Notes under the pieces: model-generated
Seen by the model: the letters and a program-made list of their open reading frames with translations, nothing else
Databases searched by the model: none
Told to the model about the DNA's origin: nothing
IMG/VR virus record: IMGVR_UViG_3300029983_000007
Location: 248,001-312,000 of that record
Direction: 5' to 3' (one strand)
DNA length: 64,000 bases
Shown: positions 46,495 through 55,997 of the stretch, piece after piece
Position numbering within the stretch: position 1 is the first letter of the stretch
How the letters are laid out: every line of letters begins with the position of its first letter
Program-made: the position numbers and the translations under genes

Positions 46495-47217
46495 TTATTT
46501 CTGAAATGATGGTTTCAGCCACATTTTTGTGTGTTTAAAAATATAATCTCTTAATTCTGGAAATTCATTCAGCATCAAAATTGTTTTTAATGTATCATAC
46601 TTAAAACACTTTGTAAGTTCATCTTGAATTCTTTCATTAGAAACTACTTTCATTTTTGATTCATAATCATAATTTTTGATAGCGATTTCAATATCATCAG
46701 TCATTCTGAATCCTTTTGTGATACAAAAACGGACGCATCTCAAAATCCGTAGGCTGTCCTCATCAAATGTAAGTTCACATGGTCTTGGAGTTCTAAGAAT
46801 TCCCATTTTTAAATCTTTCACACCATCAAACAAGTCAATCAAAGTACCATTCTCATCAACAGCCATAGCATTTAATGTGAAATCACGTCTTATTAAATCA
46901 TCTTCTAGTGTACCAAGTTCTAAAATTGGACGTCTTGTACCTTCATAATAGCCAATTTCCTTTCTTGCCATTACAAAATCTGCTGTCAATCCTTCATGCT
47001 TATGTCCTTTTGGAAATTTTGCTTTGATAGTAAAACATCTTGGTGTTGAATTGTATATAGTGTAACCATTTTTACGTAGCCATAACTCCATATCCATAAA
47101 TCCAGATTCAACTGATTGATTCATATCATCTAATACAAAAGTAAAGTCAATGTCTTTACAATCAACTCCTAAAATACGGTCACGAACCGCTCCTCCCACT
47201 TCATAAATTTTTGGCAT
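46495..47217 (-). CDS. tRNA nucleotidyltransferase/poly(A) polymerase head domain (class II CCA family), lacking HD tail
   Basis: VGGAVRD, DIDF, EDDLIRRDFTLNAMA, EDSLRILRCVRF, VSNERI. Confidence 0.92.
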   Translation of the reverse strand: MPKIYEVGGAVRDRILGVDCKDIDFTFVLDDMNQSVESGFMDMELWLRKNGYTIYNSTPRCFTIKAKFPKGHKHEGLTADFVMARKEIGYYEGTRRPILELGTLEDDLIRRDFTLNAMAVDENGTLIDLFDGVKDLKMGILRTPRPCELTFDEDSLRILRCVRFCITKGFRMTDDIEIAIKNYDYESKMKVVSNERIQDELTKCFKYDTLKTILMLNEFPELRDYIFKHTKMWLKPSFQK

Positions 47218-47241
47218 ATTTTTATTTTTATTTAATTCTCA

Positions 47242-47273
47242 CAAAGATATGGAGAATAATTGATACTAGCAAA
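47242..47273 (-). promoter_or_regulatory. Bacteroidota sigma-A type promoter
   Basis: TTTG-N20-TATCTTTG. Confidence 0.75.
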
Positions 47274-47289
47274 TCTTTAAGTTAAAAAA

Positions 47290-47853
47290 TCAATCTATAG
47301 GTAATCCACCAAAAGTCTTTTGAGCCCATACAGCTAATGAGTGTCTTTCGGAATCTGTGTAATTATTAACATGGTTGTGGTAGTAATTATAAGTTTTAAC
47401 TTCCTCAGCATATCTTCTATCTTCTATTTCCGATTTTAAAGTACTGTTAACTTCTATACCTTTTATATTATTGTGATTGAGTAACGTTTCTAGTATTGAA
47501 GTTTTAATATCTTCTAACTTGTAATCCTTAATTACAGAACCTATTACAATAGGTAACCTCTTTGTATTATCCAATACTGAATTGAGTGTGTTTGGATCAG
47601 TAAACTTTAAATATACATAAGCCCCATACATATCAATATCTAAGTTATACATGTCAAATAGTATTACGTTCTTGGAACAATAATTACCATGACAAAGAAG
47701 AGAATGTAAACTAATATGATTCTCATGAAGACAATACCTATCATCTAGTGATAACTCTTTTAATACTTTCTCAAAATATTCAGGAGTAGTTTTCTTATCT
47801 TGAACTGCCTGATGGACAATTCCTGCATTAGGGTGATATTTGTAATCTCTCAT
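47290..47853 (-). CDS. hypothetical protein
   Basis: 187 aa. Confidence 0.75.
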   Translation of the reverse strand: MRDYKYHPNAGIVHQAVQDKKTTPEYFEKVLKELSLDDRYCLHENHISLHSLLCHGNYCSKNVILFDMYNLDIDMYGAYVYLKFTDPNTLNSVLDNTKRLPIVIGSVIKDYKLEDIKTSILETLLNHNNIKGIEVNSTLKSEIEDRRYAEEVKTYNYYHNHVNNYTDSERHSLAVWAQKTFGGLPID

Positions 47854-47858
47854 GATTT

Positions 47859-48089
47859 TTATTTTTTATATTTTTTAAACCACATACTGTAAATCGAATA
47901 TATATACACACTTAGAAGAAACAAAATAAACACACCTAGTATAATACAAATACTAGTAAAATCTACATTATGATTATTTATATTTGAATTATAAATTATC
48001 ATAATAACTTTAATTGACATTGAAATAAGATACATATACATAGCTGATACTGCTATTGTACCGAAAATTTTAAAAAATTTAATGTTCAT
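47859..48089 (-). CDS. small two-TM membrane protein
   Basis: Two hydrophobic segments. Confidence 0.7.
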   Translation of the reverse strand: MNIKFFKIFGTIAVSAMYMYLISMSIKVIMIIYNSNINNHNVDFTSICIILGVFILFLLSVYIYSIYSMWFKKYKK

Positions 48090-48252
48090 ATCTTTTTTTA
48101 TTTATATGTTTATCTTCTATTTTATCAGCGAATTCATTAATATCTTCTGATAATGCTATTAATAAGAAGCCTATTAATATAACACAAGTAAAAATACCAA
48201 TGAAGCCTATTAATAAAGCTAATAATCTCAATAATGTTATTATGAATCTCAT
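48079..48252 (-). CDS. small membrane protein (not in ORF track)
   Basis: MRFIITLLRLLAFIIGFIGIFTCVILIGFLLIALSEDINEFADKIEDKHINKKRYEH*. Confidence 0.55.
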   Translation of the reverse strand: MRFIITLLRLLALLIGFIGIFTCVILIGFLLIALSEDINEFADKIEDKHINKKRYEH

Positions 48253-48263
48253 ATTATTTTTTT

Positions 48264-48497
48264 TTATTTTTTTAATATCTTATATGAAAAAATTAATATT
48301 ATAATAATTAAAAAAAGAGTGATAATTGTTCCTATTCCAAAAAAAATATAATTCTCTATACATTTATTTAATGAATAATAATTAACATCATATAGATAAT
48401 GTGTCATTTTAATTCCATCAATTATATAATATAACATGTATCCGTATCCAATCAATAACAAAAAATTAAAAACTATATTAAAAATTTTTTTCACCAT
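48264..48497 (-). CDS. small two-TM membrane protein
   Basis: Two hydrophobic segments; similar layout to 47859..48089. Confidence 0.7.
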   Translation of the reverse strand: MVKKIFNIVFNFLLLIGYGYMLYYIIDGIKMTHYLYDVNYYSLNKCIENYIFFGIGTIITLFLIIIILIFSYKILKK

Positions 48498-48505
48498 AAT
48501 ATTAT

Positions 48506-48778
48506 TTATAGTTTAAATACATAACCTTCTGGAAACTTCTTTCTACATTCTGAACCAACTCCCATAACCCATGCATTATCATAAGTTTCTTTATCATCTG
48601 CTTTATACATTCCACCACCAAATATTGAATTGATGAAATATTTTGGCTCTTTTAATATTCTACCGCAACATGGACAATGATCCATATTCATACTATCTGC
48701 TTTATCAGCATTAGAATAATATAAATCAAGATTCTCAATTGTAGGAATACTAATAATATCTTCAGGTTCTTTATTCAT
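48506..48778 (-). CDS. small putative zinc-binding protein
   Basis: HCPCCG...VGSECRKK. Confidence 0.75.
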   Translation of the reverse strand: MNKEPEDIISIPTIENLDLYYSNADKADSMNMDHCPCCGRILKEPKYFINSIFGGGMYKADDKETYDNAWVMGVGSECRKKFPEGYVFKL

Positions 48779-48815
48779 ATAGTTGATTATTTATAATTAC
48801 AATACAAAGGTATAT

Positions 48816-48848
48816 AAAAAGCCTTGAATAAAAAATATTCAAGACTTT
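48816..48848. terminator. intrinsic terminator
   Basis: cttgaata-aaaaa-tattcaag. Confidence 0.55.
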
Positions 48849-48870
48849 ATTTAATATATTTTAATACTAA

Positions 48871-49809
48871 TTAGAAAAAATTGGAAGCGTCAACATATTT
48901 GAATCCACATCTTTTAGCGAATGTTTTATCACTTGTCAAATCTCCAACCATTGTACATTGTGATGAGTCAAGTTTATATTTTTCAATAAAATCTACACCT
49001 AATCCTACACCTGGTTTTCTACAATAACAAATTATTGGAGGTACTGAATGTCCACAATATTTATAATCAATATTAACTCCTAACATTTCATTTGTTTTTT
49101 CAAAACAAGCTATTGCAGTTTCATGAGTTAATAAGCCTTTTGCTATACCGCTTTGATTTGAAACCCCTAGTAGTATATAACCTTGTTTCTGTAATTCTAA
49201 AAGTTTTTCTGTTCTACCAGGAATAATTTCTATATCATTCACATCAGTAGGGAAATGTCCTCCACTTTTAGTTACTCTTAAAGTACCGTCATAATCAAAT
49301 AAAATAGCTTTATTTGTATATTCTGATGGTTTACGTTTAAAATCAATTTTTTCTATATCATCAATTCCTTCTGATAGTTCTGGTGCTTCAAAATGTTTAT
49401 TAATTTTATAAAGTGCTGCAACAGGAAACATATGTGGATCATTAACTTTAGAATAATCACTTAAATTTGTAAACAACCTACCTTGAGTTTTTATCATTCT
49501 GGTAACAGCATTGAACATACAATCTTCAATTTTTGTTGTGAAATAAAGACACAATACATAGTAGCCATATTTTTTTGCTAATGCAATAGCATCAGCCCTA
49601 GATAACTTAGTAGAATATGTACCATCTAAGATAATATCTACTCCATCTATCATCAAGTTTTCAAGTTTTTTGTTGAGTGAACTTAATGTACCACCTTCAA
49701 TATCTCTTGAAAGTAATGTACACTTATAATCAACCCATTTTTCAACAATACTTGATTTTCCTGCTGCTGGTAATCCACAAGTTATAACTAATTTTTTATC
49801 TTTTATCAT
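48871..49809 (-). CDS. polynucleotide kinase-like P-loop domain fused to HAD-IIIA phosphatase (PNKP-like)
   Basis: CGLPAAGKSS, ILDGT; LFDYDGTL, VSNQSG, CRKP, MVGD..SD. Confidence 0.88.
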   Translation of the reverse strand: MIKDKKLVITCGLPAAGKSSIVEKWVDYKCTLLSRDIEGGTLSSLNKKLENLMIDGVDIILDGTYSTKLSRADAIALAKKYGYYVLCLYFTTKIEDCMFNAVTRMIKTQGRLFTNLSDYSKVNDPHMFPVAALYKINKHFEAPELSEGIDDIEKIDFKRKPSEYTNKAILFDYDGTLRVTKSGGHFPTDVNDIEIIPGRTEKLLELQKQGYILLGVSNQSGIAKGLLTHETAIACFEKTNEMLGVNIDYKYCGHSVPPIICYCRKPGVGLGVDFIEKYKLDSSQCTMVGDLTSDKTFAKRCGFKYVDASNFF

Positions 49810-50140
49810 TTTTTGATATTTTTTTTATAAAATCACAATATTCTAACCACATCACACTTGAAACATCAGTAGAATATCCTATATCCTTATATGACTTTAT
49901 AAATAATTCTTCAGTTATTTTGTCAGAAATTTCGTTTTTATATATAATATTAGTTGTTAATCTATCAAGATGCTCCCTGGCATATGATAATATTCTTTGT
50001 TTTACGAATTTACTTTTTTGTTCTTGTAATTCTTCTTCTGTTTCTAAAATTTCAGTCTTAGTTGTTTTTGAAGTATGGCCTTCATATGTTTTCATGTCAC
50101 CTCCCCAGTGTTCAATCAACATTTTACCAAATGCACCCAT
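49796..50140 (-). CDS. hypothetical protein
   Basis: 114 aa. Confidence 0.7.
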   Translation of the reverse strand: MGAFGKMLIEHWGGDMKTYEGHTSKTTKTEILETEEELQEQKSKFVKQRILSYAREHLDRLTTNIIYKNEISDKITEELFIKSYKDIGYSTDVSSVMWLEYCDFIKKISKNDKR

Positions 50141-50152
50141 ATTTATTACTAT

Positions 50153-51364
50153 TTAATATCTATAATTATTCCATTTATCATTTTCATCTACAATTTTTCC
50201 ATTGTTATCATAATAATAGTTATTAATAATTACATAAGTAGATAATCCTAATGATACTATAAGTATAATAATAAATAACCAAATTTGCTGTGTTCCACTT
50301 AAATCTACATCAATATAATCAAAATCTTTAAATTGCTTTCTTTGCCAGTATTTTGGTATATTGCTTTCTGTCCAATTTGCTAATTCTTCTAGATTTAATT
50401 TATCTTTACCATTATAGTAACTTCTAAAATTAACTTCAAATGTTGGTTTATCACTCCATGAGAATGCATCTACCCACTGTAGTTTTTTTGATACTGAGTC
50501 CATACCAAAACATAATATGAGTTCATTCTTATTACCACCTAACCAATAGCTTTGTTGTTCTTTTACTATTGAACGAGATTTATTATAATAAAACATTAAA
50601 AATACTCTTATCTGATTTCTTGGACCATAATAGCCATTGATATATTGCCAAGATTTCAATTCTTTTAATGTTGGTTTATAACCTAAAAAAGGAGATTGCT
50701 CAGTTGTACTGCTTCCTGAAAACATACCACTATCACCATCATTATTTGAATATAATTTTGGATAATCATATAATCCATCTATTTTTGCATCCTCTTTAGA
50801 AATTTTTGAAAATCCAAATATAGAATATGAACTATTTATTTTATTCGTGTATGTATGTTCAGTTGTTATTGTTTTTGAACTATAAATATTATTGTCCCAT
50901 TTGATATTATACATATTACCATCATGATTATAAAAATCTCTGTTCATATCTACAAATATTTTTTGAGCATTCCAAGATTTCAACAATCTATAATATTCAT
51001 TTTTTGAGATTTCTTGCTCTTTACCATTTGATAATACTTGTGACCAATGTTCAGGATGATCGTCTCTATGAGAACAATCATATGATTCACTGTGAGATTT
51101 ACCATTACCATCATCTACTGTTCTTGAACAAGTTTCTGTAATCCATTCATCCCAAAATTCATAATAATGTGCCTCAGTAACATAGTTACCAAAATACTCA
51201 GTTGCTTGTGTCTTACTATGAATCATTATAGTACTAATAAGTAAAGTTAGTAATATAGATGGTACAATAACAATGAGATATTCCCACCAAACAACTTTTG
51301 TTCTGAAAAAAATAAAAATTAAGATAGCAATTAAAATTGGAATGAAATAAATGAATGTTGTCAT
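50153..51364 (-). CDS. membrane protein with large extracytoplasmic domain
   Basis: Two N-terminal TM helices, one C-terminal TM helix; C...C pair. Confidence 0.82.
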   Translation of the reverse strand: MTTFIYFIPILIAILIFIFFRTKVVWWEYLIVIVPSILLTLLISTIMIHSKTQATEYFGNYVTEAHYYEFWDEWITETCSRTVDDGNGKSHSESYDCSHRDDHPEHWSQVLSNGKEQEISKNEYYRLLKSWNAQKIFVDMNRDFYNHDGNMYNIKWDNNIYSSKTITTEHTYTNKINSSYSIFGFSKISKEDAKIDGLYDYPKLYSNNDGDSGMFSGSSTTEQSPFLGYKPTLKELKSWQYINGYYGPRNQIRVFLMFYYNKSRSIVKEQQSYWLGGNKNELILCFGMDSVSKKLQWVDAFSWSDKPTFEVNFRSYYNGKDKLNLEELANWTESNIPKYWQRKQFKDFDYIDVDLSGTQQIWLFIIILIVSLGLSTYVIINNYYYDNNGKIVDENDKWNNYRY

Positions 51365-51388
51365 AATTTTAAAATTTTAGTTTTTAAA

Positions 51389-51808
51389 TTAAATATATTT
51401 ATTTTTATGTTCTGAATAATATTTTTTCAATTCTTCAAAAGATTTCATATCTTTGTGAATAACACATCTTTTATAAGATTGTAATTCTGATAAAGAAAAA
51501 TCGGAGAATTCATTATTTGGTATAAATTCATATTCATTATTCTCATTTAATTTCAAATACTTCTCTAAATATTCATCTCCATCCATAAACCAATGATCAA
51601 CAGATGATGAAAAACTAACACTTGAAATATTATATTTTTCTTTTTCTTCTCCATCAAATACAATTTTACAGAAATCGTACCAGTCAATCAAAGGATTACC
51701 AGTATCAAATCTCATTTCTTTCTTATCACCATAATATAGAATAAGAGCCACATATGATGATTGTAATGAATCATCATAATCTACAGTTAAAAATCCAGAG
51801 TTATCCAT
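51389..51808 (-). CDS. hypothetical protein
   Basis: Under TATCTTTG box at 51833-51840. Confidence 0.75.
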   Translation of the reverse strand: MDNSGFLTVDYDDSLQSSYVALILYYGDKKEMRFDTGNPLIDWYDFCKIVFDGEEKEKYNISSVSFSSSVDHWFMDGDEYLEKYLKLNENNEYEFIPNNEFSDFSLSELQSYKRCVIHKDMKSFEELKKYYSEHKNKYI

Positions 51809-51842
51809 ATTGATTGAGTTTTAAATTGTGTACAAAGATAAT

Positions 51843-51881
51843 AAAAAAAAGTCACTTATATACAAATAAGTGACTTTTTTT
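51843..51881. terminator. intrinsic terminator
   Basis: aaaaaagtcacttat-atacaa-ataagtgactttttt. Confidence 0.8.
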
Positions 51882-51899
51882 AAATAAATTTAATTTTTA

Positions 51900-52439
51900 T
51901 TATAGAGAAATCTCATTATCATCTACTCGAGTCTTCATTACTTCTTTTGTTACTGAGCAAGAAATTGGAACATATACAAATTGTTTAGAATTTTCTTTTG
52001 TTACAAACCATTTTGCTGGTATTTGAGTTATATATGTATCATAATCACGTTTCATATCAATCATTCTTTTTTGCTGATTAGCGAAGTTTGTACGTTGAAT
52101 TTCAATACTATTCATTAAAGTTACATAGAGAGTATTATCAAATTTAGGATTAGATTCTTGAATCCATTTCATTAATGTACCATCACCTTTTGAATAACGT
52201 CCACCAATCATATCAGTATAAATTTTATCAAAATTGTCTGCATATGCTGCAGGAACTTTTGCTTGATCTTTAAGAATTGTCCACATTTCATTATGAACTG
52301 CTTCAATGTTACCGTTCTGCGCTCCACAAGCTTTGTACTTTTGAATTGCATTGTTATTTACTGATACATAAGTAAAAAATACTGAAATTGCTAACAGTGC
52401 AACAATTCCTACAACAGTGAGAATAATAATTTTTTTCAT
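51900..52439 (-). CDS. LemA-like membrane-anchored helical protein
   Basis: N-terminal TM helix, helical bundle, ends YN/D...I..P-like (DYDTYITQIPAKWF). Confidence 0.65.
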   Translation of the reverse strand: MKKIIILTVVGIVALLAISVFFTYVSVNNNAIQKYKACGAQNGNIEAVHNEMWTILKDQAKVPAAYADNFDKIYTDMIGGRYSKGDGTLMKWIQESNPKFDNTLYVTLMNSIEIQRTNFANQQKRMIDMKRDYDTYITQIPAKWFVTKENSKQFVYVPISCSVTKEVMKTRVDDNEISL

Positions 52440-52615
52440 TTTTTTAAAAAATTTTTAATTGTTTTTATTAATATTTATTTGCATTTAGAATTAAAAAGTT
52501 CTGATATAATTATTTTATTTTACATTTTATTGTTTTTAAATTATATGCAAAGATAATTATAATTATTTATATAAAAAATTATATTTACAATATTTAACAA
52601 AAAATGTTATAATAT

Positions 52616-53293
52616 TTATTTTATAAATCCAAGTAGTTCTATTAAAAATTCATCTTTACCTTTAATTAATTGAATTGTAGATTCTTTTGCAAAATTTCCT
52701 TCATATCCTACGTTATTACGTCCAAAATTTTCATTTTCAATTAATAATGGTAGAATTTCTATTTTAGTTCCAATCCAGAATTCTTTAGTAATTTCAATTT
52801 CATTAAGATATTCTTTAGTTGGAAATTCAGTAGTAGGAATCAACATCTTTCTCAAACTTCTCATTTTAGAATCCCATGATATATCTGCTTTATTATATGT
52901 TATTTTTTTCCATTCATTATTACATTCATTACATTTATTAATTTCAACTGTATCTATACTACCACTAATTGATGAAGAAGATATGAAATTAGGTAAATTT
53001 GTTGATGATGATGAAGCTTCAATATTACCTTTCAATTGACATATTTTATCAACCACTTTATTGGATTTACATTTTGGACATGTTTCATTTTCGTGCTTGA
53101 CTCTTTTATTTTCTTGAATTTCATAATTTGTTTTTTCTTCAAATATTTTATCATTTAAACGCTCACTTTCTATTAAATAAAGTGCATGTAATCTATCATC
53201 TTCAAGTTTTTTAGAAATCTCTTCCTGTTTAACTATATCAGATTTAATTCTATCACGTTCTTTACGTGCACTACTTTTTAAAAAATTCCACAT
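52616..53293 (-). CDS. coiled-coil plus zinc-ribbon protein
   Basis: CPKC...CNEC..EW. Confidence 0.78.
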   Translation of the reverse strand: MWNFLKSSARKERDRIKSDIVKQEEISKKLEDDRLHALYLIESERLNDKIFEEKTNYEIQENKRVKHENETCPKCKSNKVVDKICQLKGNIEASSSSTNLPNFISSSSISGSIDTVEINKCNECNNEWKKITYNKADISWDSKMRSLRKMLIPTTEFPTKEYLNEIEITKEFWIGTKIEILPLLIENENFGRNNVGYEGNFAKESTIQLIKGKDEFLIELLGFIK

Positions 53294-53316
53294 AGTATTT
53301 AATTTTTAGGTTATTT

Positions 53317-53946
53317 TTATACATCAAATCCATTTATATGAGTATTATTAATCAAGAAATCATCAATTTTTTTCATATTTTTAAGTGGATAAATTACAAC
53401 ATCATATTCAACTCCAACCACGTTATTCTTTTTTCCTATTTTATATCTTTTATATTGTATTTCAAGTCCTGACATTTCTTTTTCTAAATCTTCTATTGAA
53501 TAATCAGTAGATAAAAAATGAACAACATATAATTTAGAATGATGAAAAGTATCAAATATTTTCTCAAACTTAAATAATACAATCATAACTATTAGCACAA
53601 CTAATAGAACGAATAGAGCTAATGAATAATGTTGATATCCTATGCACATACCTATTGCTGATGCCATCCAAATGATAGCGGCAGAAGTTATACCACGAAC
53701 ATTTCCTCCTTCTTTAAAAACAACCCCAGCACCAATGAAGCCAATTCCTGTTACAATATTTGAAGCTATTCTATCGCCACTAATCAAATTAACTGATAGT
53801 ATAGTAAACAAGCATGAACTAACGCAAATCAATATCATTGTTTTGAAACCTGCAGGTTTACCATGAAATCCTCTTTCTATTCCTAATATAGATCCAGCAG
53901 CTAATGATGCTAATATTTGTATTATATTTTCGTATTCTGGTAGCAT
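53317..53946 (-). CDS. MgtC/SapB family membrane protein
   Basis: GIERG...KPAGFKT, RIASNIVTGIGFIGAG, GITSAA.IW. Confidence 0.93.
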   Translation of the reverse strand: MLPEYENIIQILASLAAGSILGIERGFHGKPAGFKTMILICVSSCLFTILSVNLISGDRIASNIVTGIGFIGAGVVFKEGGNVRGITSAAIIWMASAIGMCIGYQHYSLALFVLLVVLIVMIVLFKFEKIFDTFHHSKLYVVHFLSTDYSIEDLEKEMSGLEIQYKRYKIGKKNNVVGVEYDVVIYPLKNMKKIDDFLINNTHINGFDV

Positions 53947-53949
53947 ATT

Positions 53950-54159
53950 TTATTTTTTTTCTAAAAAATTACAACATTTTTCTTTAGCATCTTTAATATT
54001 ACCTTCTCTTGAACTAAAATATCCTACTGTTGGTATAGCAAAACCGACATATCTTTTACAAAGAGCAGAATGAAAACAAACCGCACCACAATAGTACATT
54101 TTGTTTTCTTTCTTTATATCCTTTTTTTTATTACCAAACAACATTTCAAATAAGTTCAT
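53950..54159 (-). CDS. small Cys-rich protein
   Basis: YCGAVCFHSALCKRY...KCCNF. Confidence 0.65.
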   Translation of the reverse strand: MNLFEMLFGNKKKDIKKENKMYYCGAVCFHSALCKRYVGFAIPTVGYFSSREGNIKDAKEKCCNFLEKK

Positions 54160-54428
54160 ATTTTATTGAATTGAATAATACTTTTATGATTTAGGCGTAC
54201 ATATTTTATTTTCTACTTCTTTTCTTGATTGAATTGCTTTATAAATAAAATCTGTATTTATAAAATCTGTATTGAACACATCAAATACTTTTTTATAATA
54301 GTCTGATAATAATAATTTATTGTTTTTTTCTTCAGTCTTTTGCATATCATTTTTAATTATGATGCAAAACTACTATTTTTTTTACTGTGTTCCAAAAAAT
54401 AAAATACTATTTATATTTTTTTCACAAC

Positions 54429-54953
54429 TTAATTATATTTATTAATGTTTTTTTCAGATATATAATCATAAACATGTCCAATATTTTTCAATTTATATAG
54501 CCAATCATATCCATCAAAGTACATTTTTTCTATTATGACATTCTTTTTATCATAATTGAATTTAACTTCATTACTATATTTTGGATAAGTTTTTGGTTTT
54601 TCAGGTTTGATAATTTCGAAATGGGATTTGATTATTTCATCTGTGACATCATTTGTTTTATATAATTTTTTTATTTTACCTCCTAAAATTTCATAAGGAA
54701 TTTTACATTTCGCATAAAGCTCATTTATATCAAATTTTTCTCCTACAAAAACAGTTTTCCACAAACGTTTATTCCAACCAATGCTATTAGGAGCATCGCT
54801 ATAACAATTAAACTTTGAGTCAATCATTCCTTCAAAATCTTCTGCCCAAAGTTTACTTTTTAATGCATAATCATAAACTATCGCAACTTCTCTGAAATGT
54901 TCAGCAAATTTCTCAATAAAATATATCTTATAATCTACAACTTTGAATTCCAT
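54429..54953 (-). CDS. hypothetical protein
   Basis: 174 aa under TATTTTTG box at 54980-54987. Confidence 0.75.
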   Translation of the reverse strand: MEFKVVDYKIYFIEKFAEHFREVAIVYDYALKSKLWAEDFEGMIDSKFNCYSDAPNSIGWNKRLWKTVFVGEKFDINELYAKCKIPYEILGGKIKKLYKTNDVTDEIIKSHFEIIKPEKPKTYPKYSNEVKFNYDKKNVIIEKMYFDGYDWLYKLKNIGHVYDYISEKNINKYN

Positions 54954-55039
54954 AATTTTACTTTTTTAAATATTGTCCACAAAAATACAACAATTATTTC
55001 AATTGAAGAATTTAATTAAGTTTTTTTAATATATAAAGT

Positions 55040-55363
55040 ATGAAATATATAAAGAAATTTGAAAATACTGAAGATAAACCAAAAGTTGGTGATTATGTAT
55101 TGATATCAATTGATAATGATGAAGAAAATGATTTTTACTCTAATAATCCAGGACAAATTATTAAATTTTTTACTCTACAAAAATATAGGTTTACAGTTAT
55201 GATATCATATGGTAAAAACATTCCTGATAACATGAAAAATATATTATTACTTAATAAAAGATGTGGTTATTATAAAATTTTTGACTATGAAGATATCTTC
55301 ATATTTTCTAAAAATAAAGAAGATTTAAAACTAAAAATAGCATCAAATAAATTTAACTTATGA
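55040..55363 (+). CDS. dual-tagged SH3/KOW-like protein
   Basis: PKVGDYVL; close paralogue of 55674..55997. Confidence 0.85.
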   Translation: MKYIKKFENTEDKPKVGDYVLISIDNDEENDFYSNNPGQIIKFFTLQKYRFTVMISYGKNIPDNMKNILLLNKRCGYYKIFDYEDIFIFSKNKEDLKLKIASNKFNL

Positions 55364-55677
55364 AATATATAAAATCATTTGAAAAAATAAATAATACAAT
55401 TCATTATAAAATTCCAGCATATCCGTTAGAAGTATATTTTATTGCAATAACTAAAATTGGTATGACACAAGATGAAATATCTCATTGGATTAATAATAAA
55501 TACGCTCAATATTGGAATAACTCACATTTTAAATTTATATATTTAAATAACACATACAATGATTATACTAAAAAATATCAATGGAGTTGGACAAATAACA
55601 TAAATAAAGCAAATGAGACTGTAATAGAAATAACTGTTGAAGATTATGAAATTGATGCAAACAAATTTAACATATGA
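55360..55677 (+). CDS. dual-tagged cassette protein
   Basis: MKYIKSFE...ANKFNI; related to 19868..20206. Confidence 0.85.
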   Translation: MKYIKSFEKINNTIHYKIPAYPLEVYFIAITKIGMTQDEISHWINNKYAQYWNNSHFKFIYLNNTYNDYTKKYQWSWTNNINKANETVIEITVEDYEIDANKFNI

Positions 55678-55997
55678 AATACATTAAGAAATTTGAAATG
55701 ATTGAAGATAGCCCAAAAGTTGGAGATTATGTCTTAATGAATATTAGTTATGATAAAAATTCAGATTTTTATCTTAATTATCCAGGTAAAATAATTAAAT
55801 TTTTTACAATAGGAAAATATCGTCAAGGTGTAAATATATCATATGGAGATAATATTCCTGATAATATGACAGAAATATTAGGGTATACAAAAAAACATGG
55901 ATATTATAAAAATTTTCAATATAAAGAGATATATGCATTTTCAAAAAATAAAGAAGATTTAAAAATTAAAATAAGCGCAAATAAATTCAATATATGA
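55674..55997 (+). CDS. dual-tagged SH3/KOW-like protein
   Basis: PKVGDYVL; ANKFNI. Confidence 0.85.
   Translation: MKYIKKFEMIEDSPKVGDYVLMNISYDKNSDFYLNYPGKIIKFFTIGKYRQGVNISYGDNIPDNMTEILGYTKKHGYYKNFQYKEIYAFSKNKEDLKIKISANKFNI

Noticed and set aside
48871-49809. gmhB assignment
   Set aside because: The HAD domain is GmhB/HisB-like but is fused to a P-loop kinase in the T4 Pnkp order; substrate cannot be assigned from sequence.
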